Made by a program: the position numbers and the translations under genes. 64,000 nucleotides of DNA from Octopus sinensis. Its lineage: Eukaryota. The stretch is from positions 91,884,001 to 91,948,000 of the forward strand of contig NC_043006.1 in the NCBI RefSeq assembly GCF_006345805.1, read 5' to 3'. The first letter of the stretch is position 1, and each line of letters opens with the position of its first letter. The notes beneath the pieces are model-generated. The model had not been told where the DNA came from, did no database searches, and saw only the letters and a program-made list of their open reading frames with translations. Of this stretch, positions 36,521 to 52,200 are shown one piece after another.

Positions 36521-36521
<1 letters not shown>
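36140..36521 (+). mobile_element. tRNA-derived SINE, near full length
   Basis: GGCGCAGGAGTGGCTGTGTGGTAAG (A box), GGGTTCAGT (B-box-like), internal microsatellite, 3' CCAGCATGGCCGCAGTCAAATGACTGAAACAAGTAAAAG. Confidence 0.88.
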
Positions 36522-36565
<44 letters not shown>

Positions 36566-36839
36566 ATATATAACAACTAAAATAGCTATATGTCCTACAT
36601 ATTGGCCACGTGACGCTCCCGAATATGGATAAGTTTAGACTGCTTCAGAAAACGAAATTAGATCTGATGGGAGATGTCATCCGCCCAAAAATCTGAAGGC
36701 CCGAAGGCCACTTTCTTTCAGGAGTGGTACAGCGTGAACAAAAGCACGCTGATTGATCACCGATTGAGCCACAGCAGTATGTTATTCAAGGAGCATGATT
36801 ACTTTACCCAGCTCGACCCAATAATATTCTAGGTTTTGG

Positions 36840-37030
36840 CTTTCCAATTAATATGGAGCACCTTCATAATGTGAAAGAGATATCAACGCCATCTAGGTTC
36901 AGGAACAGATACTGCAATGGCTTAGGTTTCAAACGGTCACAGCTTTTCAATAATCCAACCGAAAGCCATAAGAGGCAGAAGTGGTCCATAGATGCTTTCA
37001 AACACAATTCGACATTATTTGTCTAAAACT
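36840..37030 (+). mobile_element. CR1-type 3' fragment
   Basis: PSRFRNRYCNGLGFKRSQLFN...DAFK is similar to 11860-12000 and 32010-32120. Confidence 0.5.
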
Positions 37031-37092
37031 CCAAATTACTTTGCAATTGAGAAACACAACTGTGGGCAGCAACTCCAAAGATATATATACAT

Positions 37093-37136
<44 letters not shown>

Positions 37137-37327
37137 GTGTGTATGTGTGTGAGTGAGTGAGTGTGTGAGTGTGTGTGTGTAAGTGTCTGTGTGAGTGTGT
37201 GTGTGTGAGTGTGTGTGAGTGTGTGTATGTGTGTTTGTGTAGCTGGGGTGAATACACTATAGACAGTCTGTCTTACACACATATGTGCGCGCGTGTATAT
37301 ACGTATTGTTTTATCGTTTTATTCATT

Positions 37328-37656
37328 CACTTATTTCAGTCATTTGACTGCGGCCGTGCTGGAGCACCGTCTTTAGTCGAACAGATCAACACCAGGACTT
37401 ATGCTTTGTAAGCCTAGTACTTATTCTACCGTTGTCTTTTGCCGAGCCGCTAACGTACGGGACATAAGCACACCAGCATCGATGGTGGGGAGCATACACA
37501 GGCACACACAAATTTATATATATATATAATACACTCACAAGGCTTTGGGCCTGAGGCTGTAGTAGAAGTCACTTGACTAAGGTGCCACGAGGTACGACTG
37601 AACCAAGAACCATTGTTTGGGAAGCAAGCTTTTTACCACACAGCCACACTTGCGCC
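37328..37656 (-). mobile_element. tRNA-derived SINE (36140 family)
   Basis: TTTCAGTCATTTGACTGCGGCC.TGCTGGAGCACC ... TTACCACACAGCCAC..TGCGCC is the reverse complement of the 36140 ends. Confidence 0.85.
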
Positions 37657-38279
37657 TATGCTTCTTATCACACAATCACGTCAGCGCCTGTTTTTATATA
37701 TATACACATATATTCACACATCCAAATATACTAGTGCGATAGTCAGTGTGTGTCTGCATATGCATATAAATTACTTATGGATTAATATGGTATATATACA
37801 ACTATTGTAAGATGTCAGAGATAAGAACTTACGTAGAGTTGCTGGGAAAATTTCGCAGACATAATAGATAAAAGGAAAGAAATTAAGTAGACTACTACGA
37901 GGGAAAATGATAACATTTGACTATTATCATAGGAAACTATGATGATATTTATGATATTCATGTTAATGCTACGTTCTGTTGAAGAGGGTAACGGTGGGAA
38001 ATATTATTAACGCGATAATTACGATAACTTCATGGCTGTGATAGCGATGGTTGAGGTGATGAATGTGATAATGATGGTGATTCTTGGTGGTTATTATTTT
38101 GGTATTGGGGATGATGATGATTGAAGAATCGCTATTTGTTGTTAGAATGATTATGACGATCACTTCTACTTGCCATGTACATTTGGATAATAATCAATCT
38201 AATATAGATTGCAGCAGATATTTGTATATTGAAAGGGAGCGGCAATTGTTTAAAAACAATTGAATATTGATGCGAAAGC

Positions 38280-39420
<1,141 letters not shown>

Positions 39421-40422
39421 TAAAGGATGCGTTTCTTGTGTTCTTGCGATTATTTGCCATTGTTGCTTTCGTATTTATTCTAGGCGTGTATTTCAATCTA
39501 TTCTCGATCCTATTATTTATTTTGTTTGATAATGATCAATACTGCAAAATGTTGGGATAGGAAACAAAGAAGGTTATTGCCTTTCACAAAGGTATTTAAA
39601 TATCAATTTTATCAACTTAATGTTATTTAATGATTAATGTTAGGCTAGTGTAGTGTGTATATTGATTCAATTGCATTTAAACCCGAAGACCTTTATCTAG
39701 TTATTTATCTGTAATATTATATTTACTGACGATTGCTTACTAAGAATTCACGAAACAAGGTATGGTAAATCTATTTACCAGACACTACTATGTAACTTGT
39801 GGTTATTTTATCAACCGCGAGATCTAGAAATATAAAATGAAAGTCAGCTTGGAATGTATTTGAATGAAAATCATAGACGGATGTCTCCAAAATGGGGGTT
39901 TTATTTTTAACCGTGGACACTAGGCCAGAAATCCTGAGAGGAGGTATTTCCGATCGAGAGAACCCTTTTACATAGCCGGGTTTGTGTTTTATCGAACCAG
40001 GAAATAGGAATGGCATCTTCAACTTTGACTAGATTTGAGATTGAAAAGAGATTTAAGCAATGAGCGACATTCAATCCAGTATTTGAGTCATTAAGGATTC
40101 GTTTGACATCCTTAATCTGTTATCATATCCAGTTTAACAGTAATACATGGTGTTAAATCGGGTGCCAAATATCTATCATGATGCTGCAACAATTTTTTTC
40201 TACTAAAATTCCATTCCTGCTCATCTTTGCTTTTCTGCGAATAGGACAATTGTCTAAAACGTCGAATTCACCGCTCTTTCTCCCTTACAGCGTAACATTA
40301 ATTTACTTATGTTCATGTTTTGCTTGTGTACTTTTAATTATTGAATCGTATTTGATATATCACACTCACAAACAAATCTTAACACAGAATACGCAGTGAT
40401 GAAAGGAAATCTTCATATCGTC

Positions 40423-40558
40423 ACCACCACCACCACCACCACCACACCACCACCACCACCACCACCATCACCACCACCACCACCACCACCACCACCACCA
40501 CCACCACCACCATCACCACCACCACCACCACCACCACCACCACCACCACCACCACCAT
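40423..40558. repeat. (CCA)n microsatellite
   Basis: Directly visible; source of spurious poly-Pro/poly-Gly ORFs. Confidence 0.95.
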
Positions 40559-41493
40559 CATTTTTAATATTGTTATTATTAAAGCTATTATATACCATAA
40601 TTGTTAGCAAGGATCTTATCCTATGGTTAAGTGAAACCAGTATCCACAAGTCTCAAGAATCTTTCTTAGAATTCTTACGGAATACTCAATCACTCTTTTC
40701 TGCAGGACAAGACTCTGTTATTAGTTCAGTGCAGGTCTTCAGTTTAAACTTTCTTTCACACTCTCATCGTTTTGGAGGTTCCGAAAATTACATACGTTTT
40801 CCATTCTCTGACTAAAACTTCAAAAATACAATGTTACTTTACATTTCCCCGGGTGCTACAAGTATGTATGTATTTCACCAACACTAAACGAAATAATAGC
40901 GACCCAGTTTCACTTGCCCCGACGCTTCTTGAATTTCTGCAGCAGCCAAAGTATTGTTGTTGTTGTTGCAACACAGACGAGGTGATCTACATTACAGAAT
41001 AGGTTGCAATCTACCGTAGTGTGAATCAATAAACCAAAACATTTAAATTACGTTGACACACGGTCAATTATGTTTATTTCCTTTAGTTTATAGAAATATC
41101 AAACAAAAATTGATAAAAATAACTTCAATCGTATTATTTAACAAGAAATATTTTTCCGAGACGAAGAGCACACTACATTGAGAGGAAAAAACCCATAGAA
41201 AATATATCTTTGATGTAGTGTACCTGATATTCGAAATTCGTTTAGTTTCTATACATTTAGGAATTTAAATCTTCTCAATATAATCAGATGACGGCTTTCC
41301 TCACTGATTTTTCTCAAGCTTTTTTACGATACACAACACTCATTCTTTTATTATTGATATTTATTGATATACACATCAATAAGTAAACATTGAACGTATT
41401 TAAAAACTTTTACCAAACAACAAACGTCGAATGATTGAAACAAAAAACATTTTTAAAGGAAACAAAAATAAAATTATAACTTTCCGTAGATAA

Positions 41494-41530
<37 letters not shown>

Positions 41531-42584
41531 ACAGAATTTGGAACTCAACGTTTCGAATGTTTTCATACAATACGAAAATAAAAGTTTGTGGTCTGGAACA
41601 CGTAAAATATACGAACACACCTTTCACATGTGTCTCTGAAAAGTCCTATGTAATTTGTCGAGTGTGTGTTTGTTGCTATCGTTATTATCTTTGTTGCTTA
41701 GTTTTAGGCCATCTCATAGTGAGCAGCTACATTTTAAATCATTTGTTAGAGTAAGGCACTAAGGCTCACATCCTTCGCAAGCCCTGTCGGTGACTTCAGT
41801 GAGGTATCTGCCGCTGAATATATGCAAATTGATGGTTGCACATAAACACACAGACACCCCCCTCCGGCTTTCCTACACAAAAACCATTCTAACTTTCTGG
41901 TGAAGATGCAATGGATGTGTTTGTTAGAAACTTATTTGTGGTAGTGTAACATAACATGAGTGACGGGAAGAGGAGAGACGAATGACTCGGTAGTGGCAAC
42001 GCACCAGCCATTTCCTAGGCGTGTAGGTCACTATACTAACAGGAGTTAGAAGATAACATAGCTGCAGGTTAAAGATATATTTTGTTGATGTGTGATTTGC
42101 AGCTATAAAAATGTTATAAAGCTAATCTGATTGCTGTATTGTTCATATCATACCACTGTTATTGCGTTGCAACTCAAGCAAAAAATTTTTTAGGGTCCTT
42201 GTAATTTTCTTTTCGGCAAGTACCCTTTAGAAGCAGTGAAGTTCAAAGTTGTTCACTGCAAGTATGTGTCTGTATCTGTTCACAACTGGTTTGCTTGTTA
42301 TTCGTTAAAAATAAAAATCAGAGATAAAAGGAATTTTAAAAAAAATATCCTGGATTCCCGCACGCAGACCCAAGTACATACACACAAGGAAACACAGGCG
42401 CACATTAATTGATATTGTGGCAGAGCATGCATTGTGAGGATATTGTTTTCAATCAATAGGAGGATAACTCGCCATTCTTCATTCCTCCTGACAATGCCAC
42501 TGAGCTTAAAGATAAGGAATACAAAATGAGTTTTTATGACAAGGCGATATTTATGGTATATACATACATATGTATGTGCGCGTG

Positions 42585-42633
<49 letters not shown>

Positions 42634-42638
42634 ATATG

Positions 42639-42703
<65 letters not shown>

Positions 42704-45510
42704 ATGTATGTATGTATACGTGTGCTTTTGTATATTTAAAAATGGGAGTTTAGAGAAAGATAAATTGGGAGATGTAGAAATAAACGATCAGATTCAGATA
42801 TATGAATACGCACATATACTCAAAAGTACATCTCTCTCTATACATCTTTTTCTCTATCTATATCTATGTGTGTGTGTGTGTTTCTCTGTATACTTTTCAC
42901 CACACAAAATATACTCATTTACACGTATACATATATGTAAACATCTGCACATATACACACTCACACATGAAGCTGGAACACTCAATCGATAAAAAGATGG
43001 TGAAAAAAAATTATAGGTTTCTTTGTAATAAAAATTCCATTATATCATTTAGAACATAAAAATTTACGACGTGCAATTGTTAATTCCAGTAAATTAAACA
43101 TTATACATTTGTCGTTTTGTCCCTTTATAGGTAATATTTGTTTCTATGCCTCTACACGTTGTTTATTACACCGATCACAATTTTGATTCGTCTCTTAACC
43201 CCTCATGAGATCAATGATCTCATTCCCCTTCACTTACTCTCCTCATATACTTGTTTCTACTGCTTTATTATGATATTACTTCTCTTTATCCAGCTTAGTT
43301 ATAATTTATTTCATTTCTTTCTCACATATTCTCTCTGTTTCTCACTTTAGTTTCTTTCATGTTTCTTTAATTTCTTTTTTCTTGAGTCCATCCATTCCGT
43401 TCTTTCTTTTTATTTTGTTTTCCTATTTCTTTGTAATCCGCATTAACTCTCTAACCGTATTCCTTGATCTACCTACGCACATCGTTCTATAAATTTTACA
43501 TTCGCAGAAGCAGAGATTTAATAAGGTGGTACTGCAAACAACTACTATAAAAAGCGATTTTGAAATATCTAAGATATTTTAATACCGGTTCGTACGTCCG
43601 AAACATCGGAATGTGGAATTTAAAAGAAAAACAGAAGTATTTAGTTTCCTTATTAAATAGTCTGACACTAAAACCAAATTTGCTTCTCATCAGTTTTGTC
43701 ACAATGTTTTGAAAGTTTTAAGTCAACCATAGTTATTATCATATGTACATTTCCCTTCCTAACGTGACACAAAATAAACTATTGTATAGATTAAATAGAA
43801 AGATATGAATTCTTAAATTATTTTGAAATGATGTATTAGACACACATTTACGGAGATATACTTGCATAGCAAGTGACCTGATCTGAGATCGTGTGCTGGA
43901 ACGAAAATAATTGCAGCGTGGAAGGTATTTATAAGGTGTTTATGAATTCGACACACATTGTTTTCTCTAAATATGAACATTTTATACTCCCCAATCCTAG
44001 ATATTAACATTTATGTTCTCTTGAAAATATATTGCAGAAACTTTGAGGTATCTTCTTAAGATATTATTTGCTTTGATGTGAAAAACAAATATTTAATACA
44101 GTAGAAAAAATACGACTTGCATATTACCTGATTTATCAGGCTCACCATCGTTGGTTAAAACAGGAATATCGCTGATTAGAAAGTGTCCACTGTGAAATAT
44201 CTATTTTAATGTCCCGGTTTTTCTACGTTCGCTCTCGTTTTTTTTTTTGACTTTCACATATAAAGAATATTATGGAGACGTTTTAAGTAATAAACATAAC
44301 TTATCTAATTATGTCAGATGAGTCATGGAATTTTCTGCAGTTTACCATAAGTTTAGAAATGATTTGGAATATCACGTATAATCGGCTAAATCCGTGCCCC
44401 ATTAATTAACTGGTACTCTTTATCGACATCTCGAAGAATAATAAAAAAAGGTAATGCAGGTAAGACTTGGTCTAAAAATATGAAGGGATGCAACTAAATA
44501 ATGCAAAACAGTTTCTGTCATACTCTCAATAATTCATGAATAATCAGCAAACGATTTTGTTTAAGGAAATAGTTCTTGACGAGTTTAGCTTGTTTTGACG
44601 TTCGATGTTCATATCAAAGCAATGGCCCTTCAGCTGGACGGTTATTTCCACTGAGAAATCCACATGATTTCCGACATCACAGGTTTGGCAGTCTCGAAAA
44701 ATTCAAATTACTTACATATTGTAATAAATTAAAATAATTAAAGTTACTTAAAATCATAAAGTCATCATAAATTAACAAAGTGGAATTTGCTTAACATTGT
44801 AATTAATTGAATACAATTTAATCTCGAGAGGAAGATCAGATTTCTTCATAACTTTAATCCAATTCTTTAAATCTGCGTTATCCGTCTGTGACCAATAATC
44901 TGTTGTGAGATAGCCTGACACATTTTGTATCATCTAATTTATCTTCCTGAACATAAGCAAAGTTAAAAACTTCTGAATAACCCACTCCAGCAAATAAGAT
45001 AGCGCGTGTGTCTGTTGAGAGCATGTGAATATTTGTTAGACAGGTGAGTGATGTAGTTCATAGAGGCTCTCTTATTCCGATTTCTACTAAAAGTAATTTT
45101 ATTTCTTTCACATCAGTAATGACCTTATGGAAGACGGAAAAGGTCAAAACATGTCGTTTTATATTGAAAACATGGAACCCTTTTGCATTATAAAAACACA
45201 GAAGAGCAATAAGCTTCAGAACAACTCATGATTTATGCTGTCGTGTTCAGTCTCCCATTGATCTAATTTCTGAACAGCGTTGTCATTCGCCACTGTTAAG
45301 CGCGAAGCTAAAATATGTACCGGCGAATTTAGTAGATTTAGTTCAGTTTTACTTGTACTTTTCCAGAACAAATCGAGTATTACGTTGAACAGAAAGAATT
45401 CATTAACAATATATGTGAGTGACCTATTGCCGTAGCGTCAATATTCTTGTATGTGCTACACCGTTTAGACTGCATTTATTCTAACCAGAATAAAGGAATA
45501 GCAACATTTA

Positions 45511-45662
45511 CGCGCAGGTAAAATGTTTTGTTTCTAACCATAGGATTCCAGGTTCAGTTTTACTGCGTGGCATTCTGGGCACGTATCTTCTAATGTAGCC
45601 TTGGGCCGACCAAAACCTTCTAAGTGAATTTGGTAGACTGAAACTGAAAGCGGCCTGTCGTA

Positions 45663-45698
<36 letters not shown>

Positions 45699-45850
45699 GT
45701 GTGTGTATTTCTCCCCTACTATCGCTAGACAGCCGGTGTTAGTGTGTTTACGTTCCTTCAACTTAAAATAACAAGTACTAGAGTCTACTCATTCGACTAA
45801 ACATTTTTCAAGGCGTTGCTCCAGCATGGCCGCTGTCTAATGATTGAAAG
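45511..45850 (+). mobile_element. Diverged SINE (36140 family)
   Basis: GGTTCAGT...CTGCGTGGCA...GGGCCGACCAAAACC...GAATTTGGTAGAC.GAAACTGAAAG...CTCCAGCATGGCCGC. Confidence 0.75.
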
Positions 45851-46999
45851 GACTATGAGTTAAAAGGCAAAGAGTTCTGACAATAAAGATTGGGAATGTA
45901 ATCTGGGTAGTAGTGCCTTTTCTCAGGCACCATAAGGTACATTAAATTGCTACAGAGAGGTTGGGCTACATACTCTCGTTATCTAGTTTCAATTTCAAAG
46001 AAAATATTTATGGTACAAGTATGATGTGCTTCTTCTGTATCAAAAAGTGACAATGTGAAAATATCATTTGTCTTCAGCAAATAGGGAGTTCACTTGATAG
46101 ATTTGAGGATTTCTCTTTTACTTATTTCAGTCATTGTAATGCGGCCATTTGGCATTAGTACCCCGTCATTGAAAATACTGCCAAGTGGTTATCTTGAATT
46201 AAGGTGAGGGTTTCGGATTGCTTCTTCTTATTTGTCTGAGGACGAGAAAAACTGATGTTGTCACGTTGTCCCCATTTAATTTTCATACAATTAGCTTTCC
46301 CAAATCCCCAAATTATAGATTTGTCAACCCTTACAGAAATTAAGCGAATCGAATTCATCAATGGATTAAATGATGTGACTCAAACCATCACCAGTTTTAT
46401 TCTAATCTTGAATTACAACAAAATTCTATTTACTGACGTAGAATTATCTCGACCTAATACTTATTATTCAGCAGTCTAAATGAGATTCTACAAACATTTC
46501 CTGTCGCGTAAATGAAATCTATAACTTCTTATCTTGAATGTTGTTTAAATAATCAGACAGCAAGTCTGGTTCTATGCAGTTGTTCCATATCTGGAGTAAC
46601 TCACAGCTATAAGCTGCACTGAGATAATGGGAAAAATCACAGTTTAGTTGTACACTTCAACCTTTTTCCAAAAAATTATTCACAGATTTTTCTCGTTTAA
46701 CTCAAATTTCTCAAAATTTTTCCTTTCATCACTGCTTGTGATAAATAAAGTGAATCAGTAATGTGACAGGGTATCGACCCATTACAGAGTGATTGAATTA
46801 AAGAAAGGAAAGTTAATTTTTGATTTAAAATATCTGGAAGAAAAAAACAAGAAGCAAATAACTTCTTTTTTTTTCAAATTTATCAGGAATATATTTACAA
46901 ATGAACACGAACAGTAAACTATTTCAGAAATTACCAAGAAACTTACCTGCAACAAAGATAAACAGCAGCAACAACTAGTGATTTTAATAATGATAATAA

Positions 47000-47115
47000 T
47001 CCTTTGTACTTTGGGAATAAAGTTTGACGTTTTAGGGAAAAGGATAGGTTAATTACAAGGGATGAAAGACAAAGTCAAACTCGAAGGAATTGGAACTCAG
47101 GGCGTAAAGGTACTT
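47000..47115 (-). mobile_element. Diverged SINE fragment
   Basis: GGATGAAAGACAAAGTCAAACTCG.AGGAATTGGAACTCAG is the reverse complement of the core and B box. Confidence 0.5.
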
Positions 47116-47133
47116 AGCAGCATTTTGTCCGTC

Positions 47134-47174
47134 TAATAATAATAATAATAATAATAATAATGATGATGATGATG

Positions 47175-47211
<37 letters not shown>

Positions 47212-47258
47212 TGATGATGATGATGATGATGATGATAATAATAATAATAATAATAATG

Positions 47259-47347
<89 letters not shown>

Positions 47348-47390
47348 AAGAAGAAGAAGAAAAAGAAGAAGTAGAAGAAGAAGAAGGAAA
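47134..47390. repeat. Compound (AAT)n/(GAT)n/(AAG)n microsatellite
   Basis: Directly visible. Confidence 0.95.
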
Positions 47391-48144
47391 AAAGAAATGC
47401 ACATCTGGTAAAAAAAACAACCCAATTTGTTTCCTGTAAAAGAGAAATAAACAGATGAGATGTTAGAAAGGTTCATATTGGTTCAAAGATCAATTACTGA
47501 TCATGAAAGTCCGTCGAAGAATGTAGAACGGAAAGAAGGGTGTGGTTAGTGCAACGTTATACTAACATGAGTCTTTTGACCCGATTCGTATACATGGACC
47601 CTGCAGATATGAGCCTTAGGCTGCACAGATATCAAAAGATTACATAAAATATCCTAGTTAAATGGTAAACGATTCCACAGATACGGAAGTAGGAGTCATT
47701 TATAAAATTTAAGCACATCTATGTTAGAAGATAAATATCCTTTGAGGATGTTAACCATGTTAAAGCTGAGCAGACTCGGATATAAATGAAATAAGGACAA
47801 TAAACACAGCTTTCGTATGTAAACGATATCAGTTCGCATGCTACAGGGGATATATAATTAAAAACGCCTGGAAGGCATGTGCAGTGAAAGAGCACTAGAA
47901 GAGAAAGGACGAGCCTTAGGAGTTAATACAGTGTGAGTGAATAATGGAAGAAGGAGGCGAGTACATCATAAGTACTTGAGAGGACGAAGCTGATGACAGA
48001 CTCACGTTGAAGAATGCAAGTAGTCAGGATAGAAAAGCGGGTAAACGAGACAATAAATCCATTTTACTAGGATCACAATCACGTGTAAAATCGTGTCAGA
48101 ACCGGAAAGTGTATAATTAGCAATAATTCTTGAGCACTGTTCTA

Positions 48145-48342
48145 GTAATTTTTGAGGAGAGAGGGTAGTTAATCGATTAAATCGACTACAGTAATTAAGT
48201 GATACTTTAATTTATTGATTTTGGTATGAGATTAGACAACAGGAACCTTGGTAGGATTTGAACTTAGGATGTAAAGAGACGGAGTAAATACCGCAAGGTA
48301 TTTTATCCGGTGTTCTAACGATTCTGCCAATCCGCAGCACTT
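48145..48342 (-). mobile_element. Diverged SINE (16460 type)
   Basis: GGATTTGAACT...AAATACCGCAAGGTATTTTATCCGGTGTTCTAACGATTCTGCCA is the reverse complement of a tRNA-like head. Confidence 0.6.
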
Positions 48343-48859
48343 AATATAATTTGCAATTATGGTCTTTTTTATATAAATACTAATGCTATTGATTAATCAG
48401 TCGATCATATCAGCCGCTGACCCCCCACTTCATCGTGTTTCTCATATCCCTAGAATATTCCTCTGTGGGTAACCGTCTCCATTAAATATAGCCAATTCCT
48501 CACTCAAACTTGTTCGTTGTCACTCGTTTCTTTTGCAGTCTCTCGGAATCACGAGCAAGAACACTCTATTGTATCAATCTGTTATTTACAGATCCTCAAC
48601 TGTTAAACTGCTTACTTAAGGAAATGAGAAAGACAAAAAATCTCAACTGAAACATAAAAGAAAACATTAGATGAACTCCTAAACATGATACCGGACCAGC
48701 TAATCTTGTTAAATATGGAGTCTCAATTGAAACAACAAAATGGCAAAAATAAAAATGAAAGAAAAACAAAATAAACGCCGTTTCAGGATTTGAAGGGACG
48801 CTTGGGTTACGACGAATACAGCAAGCATTTATTCGTGGCGGGACAAGGGACCGGATTTT

Positions 48860-49165
48860 ATGTCAAATTTCCACAAAGAGGGACAGGTTGCAAAGCAATC
48901 CATATGACCATCCCATATGCTTAAGGTGGTGAGACATGAGGTCAACATAATAACACGATCGGATCGAAGTGAAAGTCAGAGGGAGGCTGCATGGTTGGTG
49001 GTTCGAATTGTCGTCGGTTGCTGCGGTCAAAACGTAGGCGAGCAAAGATCACGGCTTTTAATGTTGCTGACCATAAGGGGAAATCATGTCGACACACTAA
49101 AACTTGAAAGGGAAACATGATGCAAAATTCCAACACAGACGAACTTCCATGCAGCGACAGATCCC
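48860..49165 (+). mobile_element. Possible PLE linker-region relic
   Basis: HMTIPYA ... ELPCSD resemble the PLE LPY and Y.IPC..C motifs; heavily decayed. Confidence 0.3.
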
Positions 49166-49337
49166 TTCTAAAATTAACAAATCTTTCTCAGATCACATTT
49201 CACTATCTTATACGGTTGGATAACATGTAGTAGGCACACTGTACTTGAAAAAGATGGGATGGTCACGATGTTGGAACATCTTCGATTTTTGTTCTTCTCA
49301 ATTACGACTATCTACAAAAAGAACAACAGCAGCAGCA

Positions 49338-49380
<43 letters not shown>

Positions 49381-50214
49381 TCACTACTACTACTATTACT
49401 GCTGCTGCTGCTGTTGCTGTTGCTGCTGCTGGGCAGCTGCTCTTGTAACCTGAACGTTACCTCATCAGAGATATTCAACCAGCCTAGGATTAGTTCTATT
49501 GATTTGGAAGGAGGCGGTATTCGTCTTTCACGTTTCTTTTTCATTAAATACTGTAAATCGAAGATGTGAATTCAGTCCTAGAAACGAACGAATACAAAAT
49601 ATTTTAATTTCACCCAGCTCTACTGTCGTGAATTCATCTTTCTTCTCTCCACAATATGTATTTAGGCTAGGTGAGAGGAAGCGGAAAATTAAGTGCGATT
49701 TGAAGAGACAGACAGACGGCAGAGTATCAATGAGGACAGAGAAACCACTAACCTGTCAGCGAGACAACAAAACATTAATTTCTCCACCAGTTTTTGCTAG
49801 TTTTAGTTCCCTTGCTTCATTCTACACTATACACGACACAAATCAATGATTCTAGCTCCAAGTCTATCGAATTTGTTGAATAACATCACAATCTGAGGAA
49901 AATGGCACTGTTCTGAATTGGTAACAGTTGATTCGTAAGAGAGAATTCGCAGAACATTCCCAAACTTTGTCCTTTCTGTGATAAAGTGGAAGTAGGAGAA
50001 CGTACGTTTAAAGTTTGTCTTCTATTTCGACAAAAACCCAAACATTCAATCTTTTAATTACCACTTTAATTAAATTTATTAAACTTTTCTTCGACGTCTT
50101 TCATTATGTTTGTACCATATATTTAACACGAATATTGTTCAGCTCTACTGTTTATCGCACGTTTTATCCTTTAACCTCGCTTTGACTCGTCTCAGTTACG
50201 GGATTATATATATA

Positions 50215-50410
50215 TATGTTTCGAAACGCGGAGTAGATGAAACAGGGACAACCGAAGAAGGAGAATATTCTTTATGTTGTATGTCTCGTTTCTCTGTTTG
50301 TTTTTTTCGTTGTTCCCCCCAAAAGTTTGTTTCTATGTTTTTGTTTTTATGTTTTCGTTTCTCATTGTGTTCAACGTTTTTTTGATGTCCTGGACCCATA
50401 TGTGCTGTAT
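50215..50410 (+). mobile_element. Short PLE-type terminal repeat with a broken HHR-like motif
   Basis: GGGACA-a-CCGAAGA-A-GGAG-aata-TTCT ... GTA-TGTCTC, then a pyrimidine-rich trailer and (AT)n; the GAAAC segment is absent. Confidence 0.35.
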
Positions 50411-50434
50411 ATATGCATATATTTATATATTATT

Positions 50435-50531
<97 letters not shown>

Positions 50532-51334
50532 CATGTATGTATGTATGTATGTAAGTATGTATGTATGTATGTATGTATGTATATATCTATCTATGCATGT
50601 ATGTATATATATATACAAATCAAAAGAGAGACAGAGAGAGATAATCTTATACATATTCGCATTTTATACCCTGCCATCTTCACCAAATAGTATTTATCGC
50701 CCTCACCACTTTCGTTATCGTCCCCGACACTCCCAGTACCGCCGATAGTTATTTGACTCTTCCATATCATTATTATTGCAGATGCTTTCAGTATTTATAT
50801 TACTGTCATTCATTATTTCCACTATAGTCATATTTCTATAATCGAGTGCAGTTATTTACAATTCCCTTGTCACGAATGTCATAAAGAGAGGTGTTTCATC
50901 ATAGAAATTCTGTTGACACCGCGACTAAGAATAGCTTTATTTTTACGTTTGATCTCGTAACATAAAAACACCATTGCTTATATTTAAGTGTGAAAAAAAA
51001 TGTTGTTATAATTCCTTTAAATTTTGTTTTCTTTTTTAACAAATCAACAAAATTATATCTAATTCTTACCAATTTGTTAATATCCATATTTGGTATGTTA
51101 ATCGCATTGCGCCAATTGATTTATTACTATATATTTCTAATATAGGTACTAGAGAAACTATTTATAGAATGGTTTAGTGGTTAAATGTCGAATAAAGTTC
51201 TTGACAAGCGTCTCTTTTATAGACCAACGATACGTTAAAAGCCGGAGTCGTTCTTATCAACATTTGAACCCAGAAACTTCACGGAGGTAACTAAACACTG
51301 CAGATATTTTAACTGTTAGCTATATTTAATAATC

Positions 51335-51460
51335 CCGTTATGTGGTCGGACTAGCATCTCGTTGAAGGTAGGCATCGCGTGGTCCTTGTTACTCAAGTGC
51401 TTTGTAAATCCGGATAATCTCCAGGCAGTTAATTCTCCTGTCAATAATTCTGTCAAACAA
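51335..51460 (-). mobile_element. Possible CR1 fragment
   Basis: SGFTKHLSNKDHAMPTFNEMLVRPH resembles LG.IKR.F.NKD....LY..LVRPHLEY. Confidence 0.35.
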
Positions 51461-51476
51461 CCATCTTGCTTTTAGC

Positions 51477-51923
51477 TTTTACTTGTTTCAATCATTAGAC
51501 TGTGGCCATGCTGGGGCATTTCCTCGAAGAACTTGTAGACGAATGAATAGACTCCGGTACTTTAAAGAATGGTAATTATTCTATAGGTCCCTTTTACTGA
51601 ACCGCTCAGTTACAGAAAAGTAAACTCACTTTGATGGTTGTCAAACGGTGATGAGGGACAAACACACGCTCAAAGAAACACACACATACATACACATATA
51701 GACACACATAAATACATATATGTACATACACAGTCACACGCACGTATATATATATAAGTATATATACGACGGGCTTCTTTCGATGTCTGTCTATCAAATC
51801 GATTCTCATGACTTTGGCTGCACCGAGGCTCCACTTGGAGACACTTGCTCAAGGGGTGACATAGTGGAACTGAAACCGGGACCATTTCGTTAAGAAGCGA
51901 ACTTCTTGCCATACAGCAACGCC
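51477..51923 (-). mobile_element. SINE (36140 family)
   Basis: TACTTGTTTCAATCATTAGACTGTGGCCATGCTGG ... GACGGGCTTCTTTC ... GACACTTGCTCAAG ... GGAACTGAAACC. Confidence 0.8.
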
Positions 51924-52200
51924 TATGCATTTTTTACTTAATTTAATTTAATTAATTAATTAATTATATTTATTTATTCCTTTCCTTCTTTATTTGTTTA
52001 TTTATATTAAAACCGCAAGGCTTGCAGATTGACAGAAATGATAGAACGTCGAACAATCTGTATTGGAGAATTATTTCGTTTCCACACATTATGTCCCGAA
52101 TTCCAATATGACCGAGGACAACTTTCCTCCTTCCTGGATCAATGTTGTGATGTACAGAGAAAGTTCTTCAGCAAAAGCGATACCTCTTTTTCTGAATTTG

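Noticed and set aside
41540-41575. Minus-strand TGTATGAAAACATTCGAAACGTTGAG
   Set aside because: Only the GAAACGTT half matches; core and stems are not supportable.
43585-43612. GTCCGAAACATCGG
   Set aside because: No upstream core; may be chance or an unrecognisable relic.
44990-45050. Strong donor-like ACAG|GTGAGT
   Set aside because: The candidate upstream exon has stops in all three frames.
47500-48120. Possible very old PLE RT (SYVNDI resembling YVDD)
   Set aside because: Similarity is too weak to support by eye.
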